The notes under the pieces are model-generated. The model did not search any database. It was not told the DNA's origin and saw only the letters and a program-made list of their open reading frames with translations. Positions 37,188 to 46,779 of a DNA stretch of 64,000 bases are shown here, in pieces; within the stretch, counting starts at the first letter, position 1, and each line of letters begins with the position of its first letter. The stretch is from Thermoplasmatota archaeon (GTDB lineage Archaea > Thermoplasmatota > Thermoplasmata > UBA10834): the NCBI GenBank assembly GCA_040751795.1, contig JBFMHR010000001.1:192001-256000 (forward strand), given 5' to 3'. The translations under genes and the position numbers were made by a program.

Positions 37188-37688
37188 ATGCTCAGGCAGA
37201 TGCTGAAGGACATGAAGGTCGTGCAGACTGGCGAGTTCGTGCTGGCATCGGGCAAGAAGAGCAACTTCTTCGTCAACATCAAGAGGGCCAGCACTGACCC
37301 TAGGGTCCTGAGGGAGATTGGAAGGGAGATGGCGCCGCACGTCGGCGACTGCAAGATCGCGGGGATGGCCCTCGGGGCGGTGCCCATAGCGGTGGCGGTC
37401 GCGCTCGAGACGGACCGGCCCTTCGTCATGGTGAGGAAGGAGCCGAAGGACCACGGGACCAAGGAGCTGATCGAGGGTGACGTCACGCCCGGCGAGAAGT
37501 TCGTCGTCGTCGAGGACGTGGCGACCACGGGCGGGTCCACCATGAAGGTCGTCAACGCGCTCAGGTCCAAGGGGGCCCATGTGACCAAGGCGATAGTGGT
37601 CGTGGACCGCGAGGAGGGGGCTGCGCAGCTCCTCTCCGAGAACGGGATCGAGTTCGTCTCGGTCTTCAAGGCCAAGGACCTGGCATGA
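37188..37688 (+). CDS. pyrE: Orotate phosphoribosyltransferase
   Basis: GEFVLASGKKS, RKEPKDHGT, VVEDVATTGGS; alternative start 37170. Confidence 0.95.
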   Translation: MLRQMLKDMKVVQTGEFVLASGKKSNFFVNIKRASTDPRVLREIGREMAPHVGDCKIAGMALGAVPIAVAVALETDRPFVMVRKEPKDHGTKELIEGDVTPGEKFVVVEDVATTGGSTMKVVNALRSKGAHVTKAIVVVDREEGAAQLLSENGIEFVSVFKAKDLA

Positions 37689-38236
37689 GCGTGGCACCTG
37701 TCGACCCGCGCTGCAGGCTCTGCCGGCTCTCGGGGACGAGGACGCATGTGGTCGCCGGGAAAGGGGACAGGGAGGCCCCGTTGCTGTTCATAGGCGAGGC
37801 CCCGGGGAAGGACGAGGACCTCAGGGGCGCCCCATTCGTCGGGCGGGCCGGGAGGGTCCTCGACGGCGCCCTCGCGGCTGCGGGCGTGTCCAGGGACGAC
37901 GTATACATCACCAACCTGGTCAAGTGCCGCCCCCCGGGCAACCGGAGGCCGAAGGGGGACGAGGTGCGGGCGTGCCGCGCCCACCTCGAGGCCGAGGTCC
38001 TGGAGGTGGGGCCGGAGGTCGTCTGCCTCCTGGGGCAGACGGTCGCGGAGCAGCTCGCGGGGACGCGCGGGAGGATGAGGGACCTCGTCGGGAAGGAGGT
38101 AAGGTTCACGCTCGGCGGCAGGGAGATGCGCGCGTTCGTCGCCTACCATCCGGCAGCGTGTCTATATAGAAGGGAGAACGTCGAAAGCCTCACGGAGACC
38201 GTGAGGCTCTGCGCGGAGGCGGCGGGCCTCCGCTGA
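37685..38236 (+). CDS. udg: Family 4 (Fe-S) uracil-DNA glycosylase
   Basis: CRLC, GEAPG, PFVGRAG, KCRPPGNR, YHPAA. Confidence 0.93.
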   Translation: MSVAPVDPRCRLCRLSGTRTHVVAGKGDREAPLLFIGEAPGKDEDLRGAPFVGRAGRVLDGALAAAGVSRDDVYITNLVKCRPPGNRRPKGDEVRACRAHLEAEVLEVGPEVVCLLGQTVAEQLAGTRGRMRDLVGKEVRFTLGGREMRAFVAYHPAACLYRRENVESLTETVRLCAEAAGLR

Positions 38237-38246
38237 GGTCGGGCAC

Positions 38247-40109
38247 ATGGCATCACCCAGGGCACGCCTGCGCGGAGCCGTTCTGACGATCATCCTGCTC
38301 TGCCTTGCATCGGTCCCCTCTCAGTTGTCGGTCCACGCGTCCGGCCAGGACGAGACCACCTGGACCTTCATGGTGTACATGGCCGCTGACTCCGAGCCGG
38401 CCCTCCCGTGGGAGGAGGACCTGAACGAGATGGAGGCGGCCTCCCTTGCCGAGTGGATGAACGTGGTCGTCCTCGCGGACCCGCTGGGCGACGGCGACTC
38501 GGTGCTCCTCGAGATCGCGGGCGACGACGGCCCCGACATCGTGTCCCCGGAGATCGACGACTCCGGCGAGGTCGTCCCCCTCGCTGGCGAGGTGGACATG
38601 TCCTCGCCCTACACCCTCATCGACTTCGTGGCCTTCACGGCCGGGGCGTACCCGGCGGACAGGTACGCCCTGGTCCTGTGGGGGCATGGCGGAGGCTGGT
38701 ACGGCATGTGCGCCGACGGCCTGTCGGTCCTCACGCCGGGGGAGCTGGGCCTCGCCCTGGAGTCCGTGTCCGATTCCATGGGCAGGGGTCTGGACATCGT
38801 CATCGCGGACTCCTGTGCGGAGGGGGTCCTGGAGACCATCCACGAAGCGGCCAAGGGGGCGGAATGGTACGTCGGGAGCGAGATCAACGTCCCGGCGCAG
38901 GGACTGAGGTACGATCTCGTGCTCGACACACTCTCGGAGGACGCCGAGGTCTCCCCCGGGGACTTCGGCGCCAGGGTATGCGAGATACACAGGACTTCGC
39001 TCTACTACGACTCATGGTCGGCGGCTATGGCCGTCTACGACCTCGGCGCCCTCGGGGCGTTCGAGTCCGACCTTCACGAGCTCTCCGTCGCCGTCCAGGG
39101 CTACGACGCGCTCTACGGCGAGGCTCTCATGGCCACGCTGAACGAGACCGCGAAATCGGACTTCACGGACTGGTACCTGGACATGGGCGACCTGTTGGAG
39201 AGGCTCGCGTCCTCCGACCTGCCCCTGAGGCTGAGGTACCAGGCGCTCCAGGCGCTCCTGTCCTACCACGGGCTCGTCCACGGGCTGGCGCTGTACGCCA
39301 GCCCTCACGATGCGATGGCTGCCAACTTCACCGGGGCCATGGCCTACGCGCCTGGGGAGGGGCCCGCAGACGGGCAGTACTGGTCCCTCTCGTTCTCCTC
39401 CGTGGGCTGGGGCGACGCCACGGCGCTTGTGAGGAGCTACGCCCCGGCGGCGGAGAACCTGCCCGGCCCGCAGATCGCGTATGAGGACACGGACGAGGAC
39501 GGGAGGCAGGACGAGGCCGTCATCGGCTGGGACGCGGGCCACGACCTGTACACCGCCCTGGTGTTCGTCCGGACCCCTTCAGGGGAGCAGATGGTCGCGA
39601 GCCTGGAGTCGTCGACGCCGGAGATCGTCGTGGCCGGCGTCTGGGGCGACCTGACCGTCTCTATGGAGGCCTGGGACGGCGGCTCCGTCGTGTCGCACCA
39701 CGACGTGGACATGGCGTTGTGCGGGGACGTCGAGGTACGCGTCCGGGTCCTGGAGGACGGGGTTCCGGTCGGCGACGGCGTCGACGTCCGGGTGGTCACC
39801 GGCAACAGCACCGTCAACCTCAGCCTCTCCGATGGCGTGTTCGGCGGGACCCTGCGTGTGCCCGAGGAGGCGGCCTATGGGGAGCTCGTCTCCGTCGAGG
39901 TGGTCGCTGCGGGCGGCCTGGTCCTCGGGCAGAACTGGACCTATGTCCAGGTCCCGGTCATGCATGTGGAGGTCGACAAGGTCCCTGAGTATCTGCCGGG
40001 GCCGGACATACCGGCCGTGGCATTGGCCGCATCCGCGGCCCTCATCGCCCTGGTCCTGGCGGCCGCCTATGCAGCGGGCCGCGCGAGAAGGCGCAGGCGC
40101 GGCGCCTAG
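38247..40109 (+). CDS. Membrane-anchored clostripain-family (C11) cysteine peptidase
   Basis: Signal peptide; WTFMVYMAAD, DLNEME, YPADRYALVLWGHGGGW, ADSC; C-terminal TM plus Arg tail. Confidence 0.85.
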   Translation: MASPRARLRGAVLTIILLCLASVPSQLSVHASGQDETTWTFMVYMAADSEPALPWEEDLNEMEAASLAEWMNVVVLADPLGDGDSVLLEIAGDDGPDIVSPEIDDSGEVVPLAGEVDMSSPYTLIDFVAFTAGAYPADRYALVLWGHGGGWYGMCADGLSVLTPGELGLALESVSDSMGRGLDIVIADSCAEGVLETIHEAAKGAEWYVGSEINVPAQGLRYDLVLDTLSEDAEVSPGDFGARVCEIHRTSLYYDSWSAAMAVYDLGALGAFESDLHELSVAVQGYDALYGEALMATLNETAKSDFTDWYLDMGDLLERLASSDLPLRLRYQALQALLSYHGLVHGLALYASPHDAMAANFTGAMAYAPGEGPADGQYWSLSFSSVGWGDATALVRSYAPAAENLPGPQIAYEDTDEDGRQDEAVIGWDAGHDLYTALVFVRTPSGEQMVASLESSTPEIVVAGVWGDLTVSMEAWDGGSVVSHHDVDMALCGDVEVRVRVLEDGVPVGDGVDVRVVTGNSTVNLSLSDGVFGGTLRVPEEAAYGELVSVEVVAAGGLVLGQNWTYVQVPVMHVEVDKVPEYLPGPDIPAVALAASAALIALVLAAAYAAGRARRRRRGA

Positions 40110-40777
40110 AACCGCTTCCTGAAGAGGAACCTGAGGTTCCCGAGCCCGTCCTTCCAGCTCTGCAGTTTGACCTCGCCCACCCTGACCCTGTAGGTTATGG
40201 GCACCTCGGCGGCCCTGGCCTTCTTGAAAGCCTCGATCTTGATCTCCTCGGACATGGACATGCCGTCGCTCTCCAGCACGAGCCCGTCCAGGATGGCCCT
40301 CCTGAACACCCACATGCCGCTCTGCGAGTCCCTGACCTTCACCCTGAACAGGAGCCTCGCGGCGACTGAGAGCACCTTGTTCCCGAGCCTGTGCTTGGCG
40401 CTCATCGCGCCCGGCGCCATGTCGGCGAACCGGTCCGTGGTGATGAAGTCCAGCGGCCCCGCCTCGAGCCTGTCCGCGAGCTTCGGGATGTCGGATGCGG
40501 GGTAGGTCATGTCCGCGTCCAGCGTGGCTATGATCTCCCCCGACGCCCTCTCGAAGCCCGTCTTGTACGCGCGGCCGTAGCCCCGTCTCGGCTCCGGGAC
40601 CACGAGCGCGCCCTTGGCCGCCGCGATCTCCCTGGTCCTGTCCCTGGAGTCCGTGTCGACGACGATGACCTCGAACGGCCTGGCGCCGTCGAGCGCGGCC
40701 TTTACCTCGTCGATGACGAGGCCTATGCTCCTCTCCTCGTTCATCGTCGGGATGACCACGGACACCTTGGCGGGCAA
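40106..40777 (-). CDS. GT2 glycosyltransferase (polyprenol-phosphate glycosyltransferase-like)
   Basis: VVIPTMNEE, GYGRAY, DADMTY, DSQSG. Confidence 0.9.
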   Translation of the reverse strand: MPAKVSVVIPTMNEERSIGLVIDEVKAALDGARPFEVIVVDTDSRDRTREIAAAKGALVVPEPRRGYGRAYKTGFERASGEIIATLDADMTYPASDIPKLADRLEAGPLDFITTDRFADMAPGAMSAKHRLGNKVLSVAARLLFRVKVRDSQSGMWVFRRAILDGLVLESDGMSMSEEIKIEAFKKARAAEVPITYRVRVGEVKLQSWKDGLGNLRFLFRKRF

Positions 40778-40781
40778 GCGA

Positions 40782-41615
40782 TCACCCCGTGCGCGCCCGC
40801 GCCTCCGACTCTTCCCTGTCCCTGTTGCTGATGATGCGCGCGGGCGGCTTCTCGAAGGCCTTGCACAAGAGGTAGCCGAATATGGCGACGGCGAGCCTCG
40901 CCAGGGCCCAGAAGGACGTGGACGTCTCGAACAGGCGCTGGGGCTTGTAGCTCGGCCACAGGTTCCCGTGCTTCATGGTCAGCTGCTTCCTCCCCCAGCC
41001 GTTCCAGAAGGCCTGCTTGAAGAAGCCCCTGAAGCTCCCCTTCGTCCTGTGGTAGACGATCGCGTCGGGGTCGTAGCCCAGGGTGAACCCCTCGGAGACG
41101 GCCCTGAAGTTCAGGTCGATGTCCTCAGCGGTGATGAACCACTCGTCGAAGCCCTTCACAGCGTCGAGCACTCCCCTCCTCCAGGCCATGCTCGCGCTCG
41201 GGTGGGAGACGTCGAAGCCCCTGTGGTGCAGCTCCACCCTCTCGAGGTCCTCGAACGCGTGGTAGCCTATGTTGATGGTCTTCCCCGCCACGATGTCGTA
41301 CTTCGCGAGCGACTTCCTGAGCTCCCTCACCCAGAACGGGTTGGCGATGCAGTCCCCGCCGATCGTGGCTATGGCGTCGCCCTTGGCCTGGGAGATGCCG
41401 AAGTTGGTGCTCTCGCCCCTGGTACCGGGGTGGTGGAAGAACCTGATGTCCGGGAACCTCTCAATGTACGACCTGATGATCTCGACCGTCCCGTCCGTGC
41501 TGCCCGCGTCGACGACGACTATCTCGAAGGGCTCCTCCTGTATCACCAGGCTGTCGAGCAGGTCCCTGATGTGCCTCTTCTCATTGAGCAGGTTCAGGAC
41601 GATGCTGACCATCAT
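40782..41615 (-). CDS. GT2 glycosyltransferase
   Basis: VVDAGSTDGT, GFDE---AED; DxD appears as GGD. Confidence 0.88.
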   Translation of the reverse strand: MMVSIVLNLLNEKRHIRDLLDSLVIQEEPFEIVVVDAGSTDGTVEIIRSYIERFPDIRFFHHPGTRGESTNFGISQAKGDAIATIGGDCIANPFWVRELRKSLAKYDIVAGKTINIGYHAFEDLERVELHHRGFDVSHPSASMAWRRGVLDAVKGFDEWFITAEDIDLNFRAVSEGFTLGYDPDAIVYHRTKGSFRGFFKQAFWNGWGRKQLTMKHGNLWPSYKPQRLFETSTSFWALARLAVAIFGYLLCKAFEKPPARIISNRDREESEARARTG

Positions 41616-41677
41616 CGCAATTCAACGCCATCTGAAAAGACTGGGGCCTTATTATGCTTTCCAGATGGTGATCGCGC

Positions 41678-43000
41678 TCACTCGCCCGGGGGGCGCCCGT
41701 AGCCGATCCCGAGGTACTTGGCGCCCGCCCGGCGGACCTTCTCGGGGTCGAGGCACCTGCGGCCGTCGACCACCACCGGCGCCCTCATCGCCGACAACTC
41801 CTTCCTGCCGAGGGACCGGAACTCCTTCCAGTCCGCCTGGACGATGCACCCGTCCGCGCCCTTGAGGCACTCCGCGGCCGTCGCGGCGTACTCTATCGTG
41901 GGCATGACCTTGACGAACCCGGGCATGGCCATGGGGTCGAACGCCACGACCCTGGCGCCCTTCGCGAGGAGCTCCGTCACGAGCGGGACCGCCCTGGTCT
42001 CGCGGATGTCGTCCACCCCGCCCTTGAAGGCGAGGCCCAGCACCGCCACGCGCTTGCCCCGGAGCGGGCCGATCTCCCGCTCGAGGAGCCATATGGCCTC
42101 CGACGGCTGCCGGTCGTTGATGGCCATCAGTGCCTTGAGGAGCCTGGAGTCGAATCCATCGGCCCTGGCCCTGTCCCTGAGGGCCCTCACGTCCTTCGGA
42201 AGGCAGCTGCCCCCGAAGCCGAGGCCCGGCTTGAGGAACAGCGGGCCGATCCTCGGGTCCATCCCCGCGGCCCTCAGGACCACATCGCAGTCTATGCCGA
42301 ACCGGACGCACATGTCCGCGACCTCGTTCGCGTAGGAGATCTTGGTCGCCAGGAAGACGTTGGACGCGTACTTGATCATCTCCGCGGTCCTCAGGTCCGT
42401 CCTGACCTTCTCGGCGCGGATCGGCGAGTAGAGCTTCATGAGCGCGTCGCCGGCCCGCCTGTCGAACGATCCGACGATTATCCTGGACGGCTCCATGCTG
42501 TCCCTGAGCGCGCTACCCTCCTGGAGGAACTCGGGGTTCATGCAGAGGCCGAAGCCCGCCCCCGCCTGCCTGCCCGAGCCTCTCTCGAGGAGCGGCAGGA
42601 CGACCGAGTCGGTCGTGCCGGGCACGACCGTGCTCTTCATGACGACGACCTTGTAGCCGCCGGCCCGCTTCAGGGCCGTGGCGACGTCCCTCGCAGCCGA
42701 CCTCACAGGCCTCGTGTCTATCCTGCCGGACGGGAGCGACGGCGTCTGCACGCAGATGAAGACCATGTCCGAGCCGACGGCCGGCCCGAGCCTGTCGGTC
42801 GAGGCCTTCAGCGCCCCGGACCTCACCAGCCTGGCGAGCTCCTTCTCCAGGGGAGGCTCGTAGAACGGCGCCTTCCCCGAGTTGACCGTCTTGACCCTCG
42901 CGGGGTCGATGTCGGTGACCGTGACATCATGCCCCAGCTTCCCGAACATCACGGCGGTCGCAAGGCCCACGTACCCGGCGCCGACGACGCAGATCCTCAT
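41678..43000 (-). CDS. ugd: UDP-glucose 6-dehydrogenase family
   Basis: GAGYVGL, KSTVVPGT, NPEFLQEG, IKYASN, GFGGSCLPKD, GLAFK, DGR. Confidence 0.92.
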   Translation of the reverse strand: MRICVVGAGYVGLATAVMFGKLGHDVTVTDIDPARVKTVNSGKAPFYEPPLEKELARLVRSGALKASTDRLGPAVGSDMVFICVQTPSLPSGRIDTRPVRSAARDVATALKRAGGYKVVVMKSTVVPGTTDSVVLPLLERGSGRQAGAGFGLCMNPEFLQEGSALRDSMEPSRIIVGSFDRRAGDALMKLYSPIRAEKVRTDLRTAEMIKYASNVFLATKISYANEVADMCVRFGIDCDVVLRAAGMDPRIGPLFLKPGLGFGGSCLPKDVRALRDRARADGFDSRLLKALMAINDRQPSEAIWLLEREIGPLRGKRVAVLGLAFKGGVDDIRETRAVPLVTELLAKGARVVAFDPMAMPGFVKVMPTIEYAATAAECLKGADGCIVQADWKEFRSLGRKELSAMRAPVVVDGRRCLDPEKVRRAGAKYLGIGYGRPPGE

Positions 43001-43054
43001 CGCGCCTTGAACCCGCTGTGCGGCTATTAACCCTTTCGGGGGCCGGCCGTGCGG

Positions 43055-45220
43055 TCAAGCCCCGTCATCGGGGGGAGGAGGTTCTTTCTCGGAGGGCCCT
43101 GCCCTGCCAGCCGCCTTCCCCTTCCGCGACCGGAGGAACATGAGCGACAGCGCAGCACAGAGGGCCCCGAGAGCGAGCACCACCGCGGTCAACAGCAGGT
43201 TCTGTGACCTGGCCGTGTCGAGGTCCTCGTCCGCTGCGGCCAGCTCGTCCTCGAGGGTGTCGACCTCCTCCTGCAGGATCGCGATGTCCTCCTCCGCGGC
43301 GGTCACGTTGGCAAGGGCCTCGTCCAACTGGCCCAGGATCGCGGAGTACGACTCCTCCGAGTCGTTCAGGTCCGACCGTACGCCGGCCAGCTCGGCGAGC
43401 GTCGCGTCGAGGAGCGCCTGCAGCGACTCGGCGTCCTCGAGAGCCGCGTCGAGGAGAGCCTCGAGGTCCTCCGCATAGGCCAGGGCCGAGTCGTACTCGT
43501 CCTGGAGCGCCGCCAGTCCGTCCATCGCCGTGGAGAGGTCCGCCTCGAGCGTGGCGATGGTCGCCATCGCAGCCTCCAGCTGGGCGACGAGCTCGTCGGT
43601 CGGGTCGTCGTAGGTCACCGTCACCGAGGCGGTCGCCGCGTTGCCCGACGCATCCGTCGCGGTCGCAGTTATGATGTTGACACCGTCGATGAGCGCGAGC
43701 GAGCAGGAGAACGAACCGTCCGGACCGACGGTGACCATGAGGCCGTTCACGTCCAGCGTGGCGCCGGGTTCGGTCGCCCCGGTCACCATGACCGTCGGCT
43801 CCTCGGTGGTATAACCGTCCGACGGGCTGTCGATCGACAGCTCCGGCGCCGTGGTGTCCGGCGCCACATACCGGCTCGCCCAGATGTTGTGGCGCGTCCC
43901 GTCGTACATCTGCCACACCGCGACCGCGTTCCCCGTGCTGTCGACGGCGACCTGGGGGGAGATGGCGGTGCACCAGTCATCCGGGTGTGTCATCTCCGGC
44001 ACCCCCCAGCCCTCGCCCACGGCATATCGGTTGGACCATATGTCCATCTCGGCGCCGTCCCACTCCTCCCAGACGGATATGGCGTTGCCCGATCCGTCGG
44101 ACCCGACCTGGGCGTACCTCACCTCGAGAGTCCTGTTGACGCCTACCATCTCGGCGGATCCCCAGCCCGTTCCGGGCACGTATCCACAGGACCAGATGTT
44201 GTAGTAGCCGTCGTCGTACTGGCTCCAGACGACCATGGCATCGCCCGCGCCGCCCACGGTCACCTTCGGACCGGCGGCGTTGCCGGAGCTCCCCGTGCCG
44301 ATGTACCCAGAGGTGCCCCAGCCTGCCCCGACCACGTACCGGTTCGCCGCGATCTCCATGGAGTCGCCGTCCCAACGCTCCCACACGGCCACAGCGTTGC
44401 CGGACCTGTCCATGGCGACCTGCGGGTTGAAATCGCCCGACGGGGCCTCGGTGTCGACGACCTCGGTCGCCCCCCACCCGTCGCCCACGACGTACCTGTT
44501 CGACCAGACCGTCATGGCGGAGCCTCCCCAGTGCTCCCACACCGCCGTGGCGTTGCCCGAGGGGTCGACAGATACCGTGGGGTTGAACGTAGCCGTTGAA
44601 TCGTCGGCCTCGATGAGTTCGGGGGCACCCCACCCGGTCCCCACCGAGTACCGGTTGGACCAGGTGCTCTGCTGGTAGAGGTCCACCTGCACCCAGACGA
44701 CGAACGCGTTGCCGGACCCGTCCACAGCCAGCTCAGGGTCGGTCGCAGATCCCAGGCTGCTGGACTCGACGAGCTCGGCCGTCCCCCAGCCCTCGCCGGC
44801 CACGTACCTGTTCGACCAGATGTCGAAGCCCACAGCGCCCACCTGCTCCCAGACGGCGAACGCGTTGCCGTCCGGGTCCGCAGCCACCCGCGGGTTCACC
44901 GTGCTCGCGAGGGGTTCGTCCTCGATCATCTCGGCGTCCCCCCAGCCGTCCCCGACCACGTACCGGTTCGACCAGATGTGGTTCCGGGTGCCGTCCTGCT
45001 GCTGCCATACGGCGATCATGTTCCCGGACCCGTCCGCGGCCACCTGAGGGTAGAATGCCGGTCCCCGGTCGTCATACTCGAGGAGTACGACGGTCCCCCA
45101 GCCCGGGTCCGACTCCCCGCCAGACACCATTGATGGCGCGATTCTAGTCAACAATATGCATACTGCGATCACCGCTAGATGGACGCCCCTCCGTTCCGTC
45201 CTCACCGACAACCCCTCCAA
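43055..45220 (-). CDS. Cell-surface protein: 8 tandem repeats (predicted beta-propeller), Ig-like domain, coiled-coil stalk, C-terminal TM
   Basis: Repeat consensus PQVAxDxSGNAxAVW..IWSNRY..GxGWG; DTTAP..ATDASGN Ig-like segment; heptad region; TM then basic stop-transfer. Confidence 0.85.
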   Translation of the reverse strand: MEGLSVRTERRGVHLAVIAVCILLTRIAPSMVSGGESDPGWGTVVLLEYDDRGPAFYPQVAADGSGNMIAVWQQQDGTRNHIWSNRYVVGDGWGDAEMIEDEPLASTVNPRVAADPDGNAFAVWEQVGAVGFDIWSNRYVAGEGWGTAELVESSSLGSATDPELAVDGSGNAFVVWVQVDLYQQSTWSNRYSVGTGWGAPELIEADDSTATFNPTVSVDPSGNATAVWEHWGGSAMTVWSNRYVVGDGWGATEVVDTEAPSGDFNPQVAMDRSGNAVAVWERWDGDSMEIAANRYVVGAGWGTSGYIGTGSSGNAAGPKVTVGGAGDAMVVWSQYDDGYYNIWSCGYVPGTGWGSAEMVGVNRTLEVRYAQVGSDGSGNAISVWEEWDGAEMDIWSNRYAVGEGWGVPEMTHPDDWCTAISPQVAVDSTGNAVAVWQMYDGTRHNIWASRYVAPDTTAPELSIDSPSDGYTTEEPTVMVTGATEPGATLDVNGLMVTVGPDGSFSCSLALIDGVNIITATATDASGNAATASVTVTYDDPTDELVAQLEAAMATIATLEADLSTAMDGLAALQDEYDSALAYAEDLEALLDAALEDAESLQALLDATLAELAGVRSDLNDSEESYSAILGQLDEALANVTAAEEDIAILQEEVDTLEDELAAADEDLDTARSQNLLLTAVVLALGALCAALSLMFLRSRKGKAAGRAGPSEKEPPPPDDGA
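43860..45110 (-). repeat. Eight ~52-aa (~156-bp) intragenic tandem repeats
   Basis: Recurrent GNA-AVW and WSNRY-GWG blocks; boundaries approximate. Confidence 0.85.
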
Positions 45221-45364
45221 TCATTGCCGCACGACAGTCGGATCCACGACGTGCCCGTGCGGGCCCTGGTCACATCGCCTGGAGGTTAGATATGCCTTTG
45301 CCGGGGACGGCGCCCTGCGGGCACCGGGAAACCATTAAGTCGTCCCCGGCCTTTCTTTCGGGAG

Positions 45365-46216
45365 ATGAAGGTCGTCATCCCCGCCGCGGGCCTGGGGATA
45401 AGGTTCCTCCCCGCGACCAAGGCGCAGCCGAAGGAGATGCTCCCGGTCGTCGACAAGCCCGCGATACAGTACGTCGTCGAGGAGGCCGTCGCGTCGGGCA
45501 TGACCGACATAATAATGATCACAGGCAGGGGCAAGAGGGCCATCGAGGACCACTTCGACAAGTCCTACGAGCTCGAGCACAAGCTCAGGGACGGCGGCAA
45601 CAGGGAGGCCCTTGAGGAGGTCCAGAGGATAGCCTCCATGGCCGACATATTCTACATCCGCCAGAAGGAGCAGCTCGGGCTCGGCCACGCGGTCCTGTGC
45701 GCGAAGAAGCACATAGGGGACGCGCCCTTCGCCGTCATGCTCGGCGACGACATAGTGGTGAACGACCACCCCTGCATAGGCCAGCTCGTCGAGGCGTTCG
45801 AGGAGACCAAGACCTCGGTGGTCGGCGTGGAGCGCGTGCCGAAGGCGAGGGTGTCGAGGTACGGCGTCATCAAGGGGAAGCGCGTCAGGGACGAGTTGTA
45901 CAGGGTCGAGGACCTCGTCGAGAAGCCCTCGCCGAGCGAGGCGCCCTCCGACCTGGCGATCATAGGCAGGTACGTCTTCGGCCCGGAGATATTCACCTAC
46001 CTCGAGAGGATCGGGCCAGGCAAGGGCGGGGAGTACCAGTTGACGGACGCGATGAGGCTCCTCTGCAGGAAGAAGGGGCTCTACGGGCTCAGGTTCAAGG
46101 GGCGCAGGTTCGACATCGGCAGCAAGGCTGACTGGATACGGGCCACGGTGGAGCTCAGCAGGGACAGGCCCGACCTCTCCGGGGAGCTCGGCTTCACGCC
46201 CCGGAAGAGGGCGTGA
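45365..46216 (+). CDS. galU: UTP-glucose-1-phosphate uridylyltransferase
   Basis: PAAGLGIRFLPATKAQPKEMLP, IEDHFD, QKEQLGLGHAV, VEKP, GEYQLTDA. Confidence 0.95.
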   Translation: MKVVIPAAGLGIRFLPATKAQPKEMLPVVDKPAIQYVVEEAVASGMTDIIMITGRGKRAIEDHFDKSYELEHKLRDGGNREALEEVQRIASMADIFYIRQKEQLGLGHAVLCAKKHIGDAPFAVMLGDDIVVNDHPCIGQLVEAFEETKTSVVGVERVPKARVSRYGVIKGKRVRDELYRVEDLVEKPSPSEAPSDLAIIGRYVFGPEIFTYLERIGPGKGGEYQLTDAMRLLCRKKGLYGLRFKGRRFDIGSKADWIRATVELSRDRPDLSGELGFTPRKRA

Positions 46217-46292
46217 GGACGCCCCCCGCCCCTGTGGTTCCATAATCTATTATAGCATCCTCGGGATTCTGACGCACCAGAGGGTCTTCCCT

Positions 46293-46778
46293 ATGAAGCT
46301 GCTCGCGAAGTACTACAAGATAGACGACGCGAAGGTGGGCGAGGACACCATCGTCCGCGACTTCGTGAACCTGTACGGCTGCAGGATAGGCAAGGGCTGC
46401 AGGATCGCGGCGTACACCGAGATACAGAGGGGCGTCACGATAGGCGACAGGTGCAAGGTCGAGGCCTTCGCGTTCATACCCACCGGGGTCACCATCGAGG
46501 ACGAGGTCTTCATAGGTCCCCACGTGTGCTTCACCAACGACCGGCGCCCGAAGGCCGTGGGCGACTGGGAGGTCACGCCGACCCTTGTCAAGAAGGGCGC
46601 GTCCATCGGGGCCAACGCGACGATCGTCTGCGGCGTCACCATCGGCGAGGGCGCCCTCGTCGGCGCCGGCGCGGTCGTCACCAGGGACGTCCCCGACGGA
46701 GCGGTCGTGGTGGGATGCCCCGCGAAGGAGGTCAAGCTCAAGAAGAAGCCCTCAGCGAAGGGGAAGGGAGGCAGATGA
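46293..46778 (+). CDS. Hexapeptide-repeat sugar N-acetyltransferase (WbpD/WlbB-like)
   Basis: EDEVFIGP--FTND, GASIGANATI, GAGAVVTRDVP. Confidence 0.88.
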   Translation: MKLLAKYYKIDDAKVGEDTIVRDFVNLYGCRIGKGCRIAAYTEIQRGVTIGDRCKVEAFAFIPTGVTIEDEVFIGPHVCFTNDRRPKAVGDWEVTPTLVKKGASIGANATIVCGVTIGEGALVGAGAVVTRDVPDGAVVVGCPAKEVKLKKKPSAKGKGGR

Positions 46779-46779
46779 G

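Noticed and set aside
43860-45110. Periodic DNA repeats as a CRISPR array
   Set aside because: Degenerate in-frame coding repeats with no identical repeat-spacer pattern and no cas genes
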